Positions 42,919-51,492 of a DNA stretch of 51,492 nt are shown piece after piece. Each line of letters starts with the position of its first letter. Within the stretch, counting starts at the first letter, position 1. The position numbers and the translations under genes are program-made. The notes beneath the pieces were generated by a model that was not told where the DNA came from, searched no databases, and saw only the letters and a list, made by a program, of their open reading frames with translations. Source of the stretch: a virus (lineage: Duplodnaviria; Caudoviricetes); the IMG/VR virus record IMGVR_UViG_3300008255_000015, positions 1-51,492 of that record. One strand, 5' to 3'.

Positions 42919-45425
42919 AGGTATAGCTCCTTGTATTTGTTCCAGTTGTAGATGTGTTCGGGCTCAACTTCCTTAGCATGACCCCAGTGAGTGCCCACCT
43001 TAAGGTCAACCGCAATCGGGATATCCAGGATAACCCCAAACTTCTTAGCTAGAGGTAGGTTTTCCATGGTATCCTTGATCAGTGGCAAGGCTTCGTGAAG
43101 ATGCTCGTCTCGGCATTCCATGTTATTTGCGTCATGGACTAGACCAAGGCAGTGAGCATCAAGACTGTGTTTCTTGAATGCCTCAGCCAGGAGCACCATG
43201 CTCAGTGTATTCATGTCTGAGGCTAGGGCCTGGACTGGGGAGTTAATCGCCTGGCGTTCTGCTTCCTGAACGACCTGCTTGTCGCCGCTGCGGATATCAG
43301 GGAGATTCCTGACTCGACCAAGAGGTGACTGCACGCGAGCAAACTGATGAACAAGTCGTCGTTGTCGCTGATGCCATCTAGTAAACCCGGGATACATGTC
43401 GAAGAAGGCAACTCGGGATGCTCGAGCTTCCTCATCGGTGAACTCGATGCCATACTGCACCTTAGCAGTTTCCTTGAACTTAGTCCACCACATGCCGTAG
43501 AGATAGCCAAAGTTCACTGGCTTGGCTGACTTGCGCTCAGCCGGGGTAATCTGAGAGGCTGGCTTGCCAGTCATTCGTTCGGCCATGGCCATGTGAACAT
43601 CGACCCCTCGCTGAATCAAGCTCAGCGCCGTCGGATCACGCGAGATAAACGCAGCAAGTCTAAACTCGATCTGGCCGAAGTCGGCCTCGATAAACTTGTA
43701 ACCAGGCGGTGCGCCGAACAAGCCCCGGATGAATGGGTCTCGTGGCACCTGCTGCAGATTGATTCCTCGACCTCGGTCTCGTGATGCGGTGATCTTCTCT
43801 TCATCTTCCTTACCCGAACTAAGGCGGCCAGTCACTGTGCCGGCAAGCTTGAAGGTTGTGTGGATGCGATCGTTGTCATCTACGATTTCCTCGTAGCGAG
43901 TAACATATGTACTGCAGTATTTCTGCCACTTCGATCGTTCCATGAGCAAAGCAATGACTGGGTGGTTAGTCTTCTTCAGCTCGATCATGACGGCTTCAGC
44001 AACGCTAGGGTCACCTGGGTCACCGTTCTCCTTGGCTTTGCCTCGTGAGATGACTGGTAGCTCGAGATACTCAAACAGCCACCACCTCAGCCAGTTGGAG
44101 GCGTTGAAGTTGATCTCAGCTTTCTTGTCCCTCTTGCCCATCGTGGGCCAACCCGGTTCGTCATCGGGGTCCGGTACCCACTCCATCAACTGGGCATCGA
44201 TCTGGTCACGCATGTCGAAAGATATCTTGACTGCGGAAGATAGCTTCTCACGGTCAATCCAAATCCCTCGTCGCTCAACATCGATCAAGACCTCGTTGGC
44301 GGGCATAATCAGCTTAGCAAACAGCCTCAGCAGTCGAGGTTGAGCAATGAGATCTTTGCGGAGGATAAGGTAGATTCGATAGGTGTAGTAAGTATCCAGG
44401 GCGTTGTATTCAAGGACCTGGTCGAGGGGGGTATTCCTCAGGTCTTTGGTATCGATGCCCCAGGGGGCCACACCCAATAGAACGCGGCCGAGGGGCTTCA
44501 ACCCCTTCAACCTATTCTCATCGAGGAGGTGAGCAGCCAGCATGGTGTCAAAGGTCACCTTGGCATTAACCCCGTAGGCTCTCATCCACTTGGCGTCGAA
44601 CTTACCATTGTGAGCGACCTGCCGAGGGATACCCTCGAAAGCCTTCTTAATGTACTTCAGCGCATCAGTCCACACCTTCCTCATCACGCTTTGAGGGTGG
44701 TCGAGGGGGAGAGCAAAGATGAAGATCTTGCCCTCAGTAACGCAAGTACCAGCAAGCGAAACAATGCCGCCGTGAGGGTCCCATTCATCTAGCCCTGCGG
44801 TTTCGATGTCGTAGCTAATGAGGTCAGTCCGCTTAAGAATCGACCTAAGCTTCTTGAGCTTCGCCATGTCATCGATGATGTGGATCTTGGGCACCTTGAT
44901 ATGCTCAGTGTTGCCCTGCACCGTGCTGGATAGCAACTGAAGATCAGCTTGGAAGCCCGCCTTCTGGCCTGGGTTGCGAGTGACTGAAGCTGGAGATACA
45001 GTAGCGATGAACTTGTAAGTGACTCCCGCCATGGTGTGAGTCTCAACTCGGCCTCGCCACTTCATGATGCCGGAGTGACCTGCCATAGCAGCAAGAGCCT
45101 CGTTACCAAACGCGAGTACAAACTTGGGCTTCATCGCCTGGATCTCAGGCACCAAGTATTCTGCGGTGCAAGTCTTCAGGTCACCCTTGCCAGGGTTAAC
45201 ATCGAAGGTTCGGCATTTCACTACTGACGTAAAGAAACATCGTTGCAGGTCGATGCCCGCATTGGCCAACTCAGCCTCGATCATCTCCTGGTATGTCTTC
45301 GAGTTAGGCATCCTGGAAACTACCATGATGTCAGGCTTCTTGCCGAACCGAAACCCGACTTCGCAAACTTCGTCAGCAGAGGAGTGCAACTTACAAAGGT
45401 CGCAGCTAGGGTTGGGCTGAATCAT
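42915..45425 (-). CDS. polA: Family A DNA polymerase with N-terminal UDG-like domain and 3'-5' exonuclease
   Basis: YDIETAGL, HNGKFD, YNALD; TGRLSS, NLQQVP, ADFGQIEFR, RKSAKPVNFGYLYG, VHD; promoter TTGCTT-17-TATAAT at 45435-45463. Confidence 0.95.
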   Translation of the reverse strand: MIQPNPSCDLCKLHSSADEVCEVGFRFGKKPDIMVVSRMPNSKTYQEMIEAELANAGIDLQRCFFTSVVKCRTFDVNPGKGDLKTCTAEYLVPEIQAMKPKFVLAFGNEALAAMAGHSGIMKWRGRVETHTMAGVTYKFIATVSPASVTRNPGQKAGFQADLQLLSSTVQGNTEHIKVPKIHIIDDMAKLKKLRSILKRTDLISYDIETAGLDEWDPHGGIVSLAGTCVTEGKIFIFALPLDHPQSVMRKVWTDALKYIKKAFEGIPRQVAHNGKFDAKWMRAYGVNAKVTFDTMLAAHLLDENRLKGLKPLGRVLLGVAPWGIDTKDLRNTPLDQVLEYNALDTYYTYRIYLILRKDLIAQPRLLRLFAKLIMPANEVLIDVERRGIWIDREKLSSAVKISFDMRDQIDAQLMEWVPDPDDEPGWPTMGKRDKKAEINFNASNWLRWWLFEYLELPVISRGKAKENGDPGDPSVAEAVMIELKKTNHPVIALLMERSKWQKYCSTYVTRYEEIVDDNDRIHTTFKLAGTVTGRLSSGKEDEEKITASRDRGRGINLQQVPRDPFIRGLFGAPPGYKFIEADFGQIEFRLAAFISRDPTALSLIQRGVDVHMAMAERMTGKPASQITPAERKSAKPVNFGYLYGMWWTKFKETAKVQYGIEFTDEEARASRVAFFDMYPGFTRWHQRQRRLVHQFARVQSPLGRVRNLPDIRSGDKQVVQEAERQAINSPVQALASDMNTLSMVLLAEAFKKHSLDAHCLGLVHDANNMECRDEHLHEALPLIKDTMENLPLAKKFGVILDIPIAVDLKVGTHWGHAKEVEPEHIYNWNKYKELYL

Positions 45426-45841
45426 GATAGTTCCATTATATCAATACCTGCTTGCCTAAGCAATAACACCCCGGAATGATCTCGGTAGTCTTCGCCATAC
45501 ACTACCCTCGAGATCCCTGCGTTGATGATCAGTTGAGAGCAACCAAGGCAAGGAAGGTGTGTACAGTAAAGGGTTGCGCCTTCAACTGCGATGCCGTGCC
45601 GTGCTGCATATGCAATGGCATTAGACTCAGCATGGACCGCAATACCGCAACCACCGACGTGTTGTTCCATGCAGCTATGTGAACAGTGCGGTAGGCCAGC
45701 TGGAGGTCCATTGTATCCAGTAGCCAAGACTCGACCGTCCCGGGCAATGGCGGCTCCCACCCTAGCACGGCCACAAGTTCCGCGGCTTGAGAAGACATTC
45801 GCCACCTCCATTAGTGTTTGGTCTCTAGACGGCCGCTCCAT
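45422..45841 (-). CDS. dCMP deaminase
   Basis: TGYNG, HAESNAI, PCLGC. Confidence 0.92.
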   Translation of the reverse strand: MERPSRDQTLMEVANVFSSRGTCGRARVGAAIARDGRVLATGYNGPPAGLPHCSHSCMEQHVGGCGIAVHAESNAIAYAARHGIAVEGATLYCTHLPCLGCSQLIINAGISRVVYGEDYRDHSGVLLLRQAGIDIMELS

Positions 45842-46655
45842 AGATCTCCTCCTCATCTTGGATCAGCTTATCAGTCCGCATCTTAAGCATGGGTTCATCC
45901 CCCTCGAAGATGTGTAGTGAGGCTATATTCATGACCAGCGATGATGCTCGACAGGAAATCCCTCGATCCCTGACGCTCCCTACGACCCACTGAAGTAATC
46001 TGCAGGCCATATAGACATCATCGATGAAGTGCCGGAAGAGGTCACAGCTTCGAATGTGGTAGACAATATCCATGTTACCGCCACGCATGATGAAGTGATA
46101 CCCAAGAGTACAAGGTACTCGTTGACCCTCTCGAGCGCCGGTGTCTTCAGGAAACCAGATAGGTAGGTATGCCTGGCGAGTTAGTGGATCCTTGACGATG
46201 AGGTTGATAACATCGACCAGGTCTCCATACTCATATCGAATCCCCCGGTTGAATGGGCTTTGTCCCGCTTTCAGTTCTTCCACACCAGCCATTCGAGGCC
46301 AGATTCGCTCTGGGTAGGTATGGGAGAATTTCTCGCCTTCTTTATGTTCTCGGTTGCCTTGCTGAGCAAAGGGCCACCACTGTTCAGAGGGAGGGGGGTT
46401 GAGAGGGTGACCAGAAATGCGTTCCAGGAAGTGGTCTTCAGCCCAGGGCAAGTTCGGTTTGACCGCAAACTGCAGCTCCTCGATTGTGCCAGGGACTAGG
46501 TATCGAAAGACCTGGTGCATCAGTTCAACGCTGTACTTCATCCCTTCTCGCTCATTGACAACCTGGGATTGCCAATGGTTCATAGGCACTCGATCACCCA
46601 TGTTCCTCATCTTAATCAACAACTGGTCATACTGTCGTTGAAAGTCACTCGTCAT
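45825..46655 (-). CDS. Thymidylate-synthase-fold enzyme, dCMP-type (probable dCMP hydroxymethylase or methylase)
   Basis: DPLTRQA, VPCTLGYHF, RSCDLFRHFIDD (Asp at Asn177 position), SLHIF. Confidence 0.8.
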   Translation of the reverse strand: MTSDFQRQYDQLLIKMRNMGDRVPMNHWQSQVVNEREGMKYSVELMHQVFRYLVPGTIEELQFAVKPNLPWAEDHFLERISGHPLNPPPSEQWWPFAQQGNREHKEGEKFSHTYPERIWPRMAGVEELKAGQSPFNRGIRYEYGDLVDVINLIVKDPLTRQAYLPIWFPEDTGAREGQRVPCTLGYHFIMRGGNMDIVYHIRSCDLFRHFIDDVYMACRLLQWVVGSVRDRGISCRASSLVMNIASLHIFEGDEPMLKMRTDKLIQDEEEIYGAAV

Positions 46656-47670
46656 CGTCGTCCTCCTCGAGTTCTCCCTCAAACTCTCCGCCGTATCGTT
46701 TCCCGATGGGCATGCCGATCTTACTGAAGTCAAGGTCGCTGATCCAGCAATCTGGCAGGGGCTTGTAAGCCTTGAAGAATTCCTTCTGCTCCCCCTTCTT
46801 CTCACCCTGCTTGTAGTAAGACCACCCCTCGAATTCCTGAGCCCTCTCGTACCCAAGCACCTCGGTGTGGTACCGTCGCCGGATTCGACGATAAGTATTG
46901 TAGGTCATGTCGCCGAGAGTAACGCCGTTAGCGTCATCCGCAATCAACTTCTGCAGCCACTTTCGACTGAGCATGAGAGCGGGGTGGCCATTGATGTACT
47001 CAAGCTGCCCCTTCTTCTCAAGCTTCTCATCGGGCCTCATCATCCATCGACGGTACTGCTTAGCCAAGTCCTCATCAGGGTTATTCAGCAAGTAAGCCAG
47101 GCTCTTGAAGTTATGGTACTGCATAGCTTCATTCATCCAGACAAAGCTGATGTCCTCGACCGGAATGCCAATCTCGTGGGCAACATATCGACCACACATC
47201 CAGGCAATGGATAGGTCGAGGCCACTGAGATAACCCAAGTAGCTAGTTCGTGAGTAGAGGGTGATCTGAGGGCGAGGTCGGGCTTTGTAGCTAATCCCCA
47301 GCATACAAGAGCCCCATCGTCGGGTTTCTTTGTTACCCTGCTCAGGACCTCCCCGGGCATGAACAACCTTGGTTCGCATCATGGCGATCCCTCGGCCATC
47401 CTTGCCAATGTGCTTTGTGATCTTGTCAAGCCAAAGCCCTAGCTCGACTGGATCGATGTACTGTCGTTGCATCATCGACCAACGACTGGAGGTCAGCCAG
47501 AGACTCTTGAGGTTGAAGTCCCACTCCATCGACTTAGCCTCAGCGATCACATTGTGAATCTGGACGTCAACGGAGGAGATGATATCTAGGTCATCTGGCT
47601 CGGCATGGATAATGGTATGACAGAGCTTGTCATGCAAGGTTGTCAGGTCAGTTGCTCGGAAGGCTCTCAT
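46645..47670 (-). CDS. Divergent second thymidylate-synthase-fold protein
   Basis: GSCMLGISY...ITLYSRTSYLGYLSGLD aligns by eye to PC...YQRSCDVFLGLPFN. Confidence 0.6.
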   Translation of the reverse strand: MRAFRATDLTTLHDKLCHTIIHAEPDDLDIISSVDVQIHNVIAEAKSMEWDFNLKSLWLTSSRWSMMQRQYIDPVELGLWLDKITKHIGKDGRGIAMMRTKVVHARGGPEQGNKETRRWGSCMLGISYKARPRPQITLYSRTSYLGYLSGLDLSIAWMCGRYVAHEIGIPVEDISFVWMNEAMQYHNFKSLAYLLNNPDEDLAKQYRRWMMRPDEKLEKKGQLEYINGHPALMLSRKWLQKLIADDANGVTLGDMTYNTYRRIRRRYHTEVLGYERAQEFEGWSYYKQGEKKGEQKEFFKAYKPLPDCWISDLDFSKIGMPIGKRYGGEFEGELEEDDDDE

Positions 47671-47972
47671 CAGTCAGGAAGCTTCACTTTCTCGGGGTTG
47701 GCGTGTTGCCACTTTCGGAACTGGTCAATCCATCTGGTGATGGATTCACACTGTTCGCTATGGGGGTTGTAGGACTCCACTAATGTTAGGTAGTGAAGCA
47801 GTACCATTGTGCTCAGTATATCTTTAGCCCTGAACACGAAGATGGGTTCATCGGCGGTTACTGACTCCAGAATCTCTGCAGCTTTCTCCATACCGGGCAA
47901 AGGAAGCTGAGAGGGGTGAACCCTCGGCTGCTCCTCGCCCCCGCCTTCGATAACCTTGAACTTGTCAGCCAC
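47670..47972 (-). CDS. Hypothetical protein
   Basis: DEPIFVFRAKD motif; translationally coupled. Confidence 0.7.
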   Translation of the reverse strand: MADKFKVIEGGGEEQPRVHPSQLPLPGMEKAAEILESVTADEPIFVFRAKDILSTMVLLHYLTLVESYNPHSEQCESITRWIDQFRKWQHANPEKVKLPD

Positions 47973-48480
47973 TGAATGGACATCCTTCCGGTTGACCGCA
48001 GGTGGTATTGTTTGGGTCCACCTCGGTTTTCTCTCTCTTACAAACGTGACACTTAGTACTTACTCCGTCGTAACCATCCTTCTGTCGTTGTCGGTTGATC
48101 TCATGCTTCTCAAAGTAGCTCTTGATGAACCACTCAGCCAGCTCAGGGACTGAGTCAGGATAGGGCTCAAGCTTCTCAGCTGTCCCCGGCACTCGAGCAT
48201 CGATGTGTGGCCCCAGCGCCAACATGATGTTCATAAAGAAGTGCCAGGCATCGATCATCTCCTTAGCCGCGTTGGGTCCATTGATGTGTTTGCTTGTAGC
48301 CCAAGGCTTCCAGCCAATCTCGGCAAGCATCTCATGGAGCTCATCGACCAAAGCTGTAACATTCCAGTGGATAAACTCGATGGCCTGTTCGGTTGTCATC
48401 TCAGTTGGGTCTGCGTTGAATGATTCCCGTTGCATCAGTTGCTGAGCAGACAGCATCCGACTTAGGTCTCCGCTCATCAC
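47965..48480 (-). CDS. All-alpha NTP pyrophosphatase (dimeric dUTPase / T4 gp56-like dCTPase)
   Basis: DELHE...WKPW...EMIDAWHF...K..IN..RQ..GY. Confidence 0.85.
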   Translation of the reverse strand: MMSGDLSRMLSAQQLMQRESFNADPTEMTTEQAIEFIHWNVTALVDELHEMLAEIGWKPWATSKHINGPNAAKEMIDAWHFFMNIMLALGPHIDARVPGTAEKLEPYPDSVPELAEWFIKSYFEKHEINRQRQKDGYDGVSTKCHVCKREKTEVDPNNTTCGQPEGCPFSG

Positions 48481-49010
48481 TTTGTCTCCCTGTCAAGTCG
48501 ACTTTCCATGATCGAGAAGATATACTCAAGATCACTCATGTCGTGTCGAGTGTAGTCATAGACTGCCGCTACCCAGGGGTACTGAGCTGCGAAGTTATGA
48601 TAGAGCCAGTAGATAACCTCAATGTCATTCTGAGCTACTTTGCTGGACTCGTCTGCAAGGCAATTCCGAATAACCACTTCAAGGGGAGGCAAGCATACAA
48701 TGATGAGAGCTCCTACTTGGCGGAATTGAATCCATGCATTCTGCAACCATTCCTGGTCACGAAGTTCATCTCTGAACGTGGGGTTGGGCAACATGGAGTA
48801 GAACGGACTTGAGATGAGGTTGAATCGATCGTAGATCCTTCGCCCAAACCCTTTCCCGATCTCATCCAGGGCATACTGACCCATTGGCTTCAGCGGTTCA
48901 GCCGAACTAGTCACTGCCCTTGGTTCCCTGGTCACACCCAGTCGCTCTTCGAGCTGTGTGATCAAGGTAGTCTTGCCAGATCCATCTGGCCCTTCGATAA
49001 TGAGCATCAA
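48477..49010 (-). CDS. dNMP/thymidylate kinase-like P-loop kinase
   Basis: IIEGPDGSGKTT, IYDR; promoter TTGACG-18-TACTAT at 49030-49059. Confidence 0.88.
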   Translation of the reverse strand: MMLIIEGPDGSGKTTLITQLEERLGVTREPRAVTSSAEPLKPMGQYALDEIGKGFGRRIYDRFNLISSPFYSMLPNPTFRDELRDQEWLQNAWIQFRQVGALIIVCLPPLEVVIRNCLADESSKVAQNDIEVIYWLYHNFAAQYPWVAAVYDYTRHDMSDLEYIFSIMESRLDRETK

Positions 49011-49081
49011 GCCCCCTTTCTTCTTAGAGATAGTATCATCTGGGTTGAATTCCCGTCAATATCTCTGTTCTTGAACATCGG

Positions 49082-50593
49082 TTATTTGTAGTTACGTAGC
49101 AGTCTACGAGGTGAGGACATCACCATCTTAACCACGTCGCCATCAGTCTGGAGTGATTCGTACTGAATCTCGTCATAGGTTCCTCGAGCAAGTAAGAAGA
49201 CGTAGCGATTAGCCTTGCCTGAGAGGGCAATTCGGTCTCTAGCCTGAGTATAGTTGACGAAGCTCGGCGTGAGTGAGTACCACACCATCGTACTGGCTGA
49301 TCGGAGATCGATGCCCTCAGCACCCGCTTGGGGGTTCATGATGAAGACACCGGCTCCCTTCTGTTCCTTGAAATCCCTAATAGCCTTGGTCTTTTCTTCC
49401 CTCTCCATTCCTCCATATAGGATCTGTGGTGTGACCTTGATGTTCTTGGGCAGCTTGAGCACCATCTGAGCAATGCTTTCGATGTCTGCCCTGAACCTAG
49501 CACAGATGACAACCTTCTCTTCCTGGTCAAGCCAGTCAACTAGCAAGTCCTCAAGAGTTCGTAGCTTCTCGGTGCCGATGCGAACGGTGCGCCCCTCGGG
49601 GTATTGCACAGTTGGAGCTGTCTTAGCAAGTCCTGAGGTTATCTGGGAGAATCGGAGATTCTGCACCAACTTGATGCTCGCCTCAGTAATCTCCCCGCTC
49701 TCAATCTTAGCCACCATTTCCTCAGCCATCTGGTCATATACCTTAGCTGATTCTTCGAGATCAACGTGGATTAGAACATCGGGGAAGGCCGGAGGCAGAT
49801 CGAAGCATTCTTCCCTAGCCACTGCATATGACTCAGCGTGAACCAAGCGATGAAGTGTCTTGGGGTTCTTCTCCCGAATCCACTGGGGAAAGCCATTCCG
49901 CTTTGTCCAAACTCCGAACCGCTCCTTGAATGTACTGGAGGTGTGGCCCCTCACCAGGGCCGACTCAGGATTCAAGAACTTCCATTGCATGTAGAGATCG
50001 TGTACTCGGTTAGCTTTTGTAACTGCTGTACCTGTAGCAATCACTCGGTAATCGGCTACTGGACCTAGTCTCACAATGGCAGTAGCTTTGCGAGCACTTG
50101 GAGATTTGATGCGGTGGCTTTCGTCAAGGATGATGACCTGAGGCTGCCAAGCCTTGAGCTTCTTCATGAGGTCATAACGGCCCCCTCGAGTCCGAGATCG
50201 TTGAATCGACCCGTCCTCCCTCTTGCCTGTTGCCTGGCCCGGGGTTGAGAATGCATCGTAGTTCAGGATCACAAAGTCGAGGATGTCTCGGCCAAAGGGT
50301 GGGAGGTCAACTCGCTTCCGGCCCTTGCGGTCCCATACTGTAGTTCGATGTGGGAATGGGCAGTGGGTCTCTATCTCTTCCACCCACACATCGATGATGC
50401 CTGCGGGGCAAATGATCAAGACCCTGTTAGCCTTGCCAGCTTGGTGGAGGATGCTGGAATAGTCGATGCAGACCTTGGTCTTACCGGTTCGAGGCTCCAT
50501 CAACAAGGCACCGCCAAAGCCATTAGAGATCAAAGTCTTAAGTGCCGCTACCTGATGTCGGTAGGGCTTAGTCTTGTACTTGTACTTTGCCAT
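49082..50593 (-). CDS. SNF2-family helicase
   Basis: EPRTGKT, ILDESHRIK, TGT, EGIDL, QARDR. Confidence 0.93.
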   Translation of the reverse strand: MAKYKYKTKPYRHQVAALKTLISNGFGGALLMEPRTGKTKVCIDYSSILHQAGKANRVLIICPAGIIDVWVEEIETHCPFPHRTTVWDRKGRKRVDLPPFGRDILDFVILNYDAFSTPGQATGKREDGSIQRSRTRGGRYDLMKKLKAWQPQVIILDESHRIKSPSARKATAIVRLGPVADYRVIATGTAVTKANRVHDLYMQWKFLNPESALVRGHTSSTFKERFGVWTKRNGFPQWIREKNPKTLHRLVHAESYAVAREECFDLPPAFPDVLIHVDLEESAKVYDQMAEEMVAKIESGEITEASIKLVQNLRFSQITSGLAKTAPTVQYPEGRTVRIGTEKLRTLEDLLVDWLDQEEKVVICARFRADIESIAQMVLKLPKNIKVTPQILYGGMEREEKTKAIRDFKEQKGAGVFIMNPQAGAEGIDLRSASTMVWYSLTPSFVNYTQARDRIALSGKANRYVFLLARGTYDEIQYESLQTDGDVVKMVMSSPRRLLRNYK

Positions 50594-50984
50594 AGATCTT
50601 TCTGTCAGTCTCGAGTCTCATCTCAGGTTGGTCAACGGGTCGACCATGGAAGTCAAAGAACCTTCGGGCTTTGTCGGCGATAACTGCTGTTTCTTCTGGT
50701 GAGAATTCTGGGTGTTGCTGCATGAGCTTTCTCACCAATACTACGCTCACGCATGTGCGATATTTAATGGGGAAGGCAATGCGGGGCTTCTTCGCCCATC
50801 GATCACCTAGTGCTCGAGGGTCGCACTGAACGCAGATAGGGAGGCCAAAGAACTTTGGAGTGCGAGACTTTCGGTCAGGGTAGTTATTCACTACCATCTG
50901 GAAACCGCAGTATTCGCACATCACCTTCTTCTGCCAGCTCTGGTCAACCTGATTGAGGTCGCTTCGCTTTAGAGCCCTGGCCAA
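50568..50984 (-). CDS. Hypothetical Zn-binding protein
   Basis: TTG start after GGAAAGGGGCA; CEYC...CVQC. Confidence 0.65.
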   Translation of the reverse strand: MARALKRSDLNQVDQSWQKKVMCEYCGFQMVVNNYPDRKSRTPKFFGLPICVQCDPRALGDRWAKKPRIAFPIKYRTCVSVVLVRKLMQQHPEFSPEETAVIADKARRFFDFHGRPVDQPEMRLETDRKIYGKVQVQD

Positions 50985-51016
50985 TGTTTGCCCCTTTCCG
51001 AGTAGCCGATGCGTTA

Positions 51017-51135
51017 ATCATAATGCGCCCGCACGAGGGAATCAACTTAATCGTTCCACTACGTAACCTACCCTGTCGTAACTAGAACAAGTTATTCTCG
51101 TCACCCTTGACGATTGGCACCTTAGCAATTATAGT
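51017..51135. promoter_or_regulatory. Divergent sigma-A-type promoters
   Basis: Minus: TTGATT-17-TATGAT (51017-51045); plus: TTGACG-17-TATAGT (51107-51135). Confidence 0.75.
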
Positions 51136-51203
51136 CATCTCATCGGCAATGAGCAGGGCACTAACGCACTGCCCGATTACATGAAAGGGTGAGGGATTCA
51201 CCA

Positions 51204-51492
51204 ATGGCAACGAAGAAGAGCACCAAGGCAAAGCCCGCTGAAGAGGATCTCGAGCTCGAGGAACTCGAAGACGAGACCGAAGAGGCTGATGAGGCCCCCG
51301 CCGCTGATGAAGTCTGGGGAGTTCGCAACGGGCTCATCCCGCTCATCAAGGAGAAGACCGGCAAGGACTACACGCCTCGTGAGATCCGAACCCTGCTCCG
51401 CAAGATGGCTCGGGAAGAGAATGCTCGCATCGACCGGGAAGTCATCCCCGGCAACAAGAGCCGCTACGCCTGGGACGGCCCGGATGACCCCG
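51204..51492 (+). CDS. 5' part of junction-spanning putative DNA-binding protein (continues to 329)
   Basis: ATG 51204 after GAAAGGGTGAGG; MATKKSTKAKPAEEDLELEE...DYTPREIRTLLRKMARE is in frame with ORF 36..329; promoter upstream. Confidence 0.8.
   Translation, partial: MATKKSTKAKPAEEDLELEELEDETEEADEAPAADEVWGVRNGLIPLIKEKTGKDYTPREIRTLLRKMAREENARIDREVIPGNKSRYAWDGPDDP
51370..51492. repeat. Terminal direct repeat (copy of 1-123)
   Basis: Exact match to the window start. Confidence 0.95.

Noticed and set aside
45825-46655. Ordinary ThyA
   Set aside because: Asp at the Asn177 position and a separate ThyX argue against dUMP methylation

Overview
Complete, circularly assembled ~51.4 kb siphovirus-type phage genome; the last 123 bp repeat the first 123 bp. 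The host is probably actinobacterial (inference from AGAAAGG-type Shine-Dalgarno sites, leaderless genes, CGAAC-N4-GTTCG LexA boxes, an MSMEG_6728-like gene and an LPXTG protein). Almost all genes are on the minus strand. Packaging, head, tail and lysis genes lie at 22.2->0.5 kb, small accessory genes at 22.3-25.7 and 29.5-38.7 kb, and replication and nucleotide-metabolism genes at 31.6-33.7 and 38.9-50.6 kb. I recognised no integrase, tRNA or CRISPR array. Main observations: (1) the first gene after most sigma-A-type early promoters carries a signature RBS GAAAGGGGC(A), and an 18-bp minus-strand RNA hairpin at 39206-39257 displays its exact complement in a 16-nt loop, a candidate anti-RBS RNA switch; (2) a mirror-symmetric control region at 26.5-28.8 kb has convergent HTH paralogues, outward leaderless paralogues, DnaA boxes, LexA boxes and 11-bp-phased direct repeats; (3) a probable cytosine-substitution pathway has two tandem thymidylate-synthase-fold proteins with the dCMP-type Asp, plus dCTPase/dUTPase, kinase, dCMP deaminase, ThyX and a PolA with a degenerate UDG domain; (4) a G-U-rich three-way-junction RNA lies at 29375-29480. 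All family assignments come from motif recognition by eye, not database searches.
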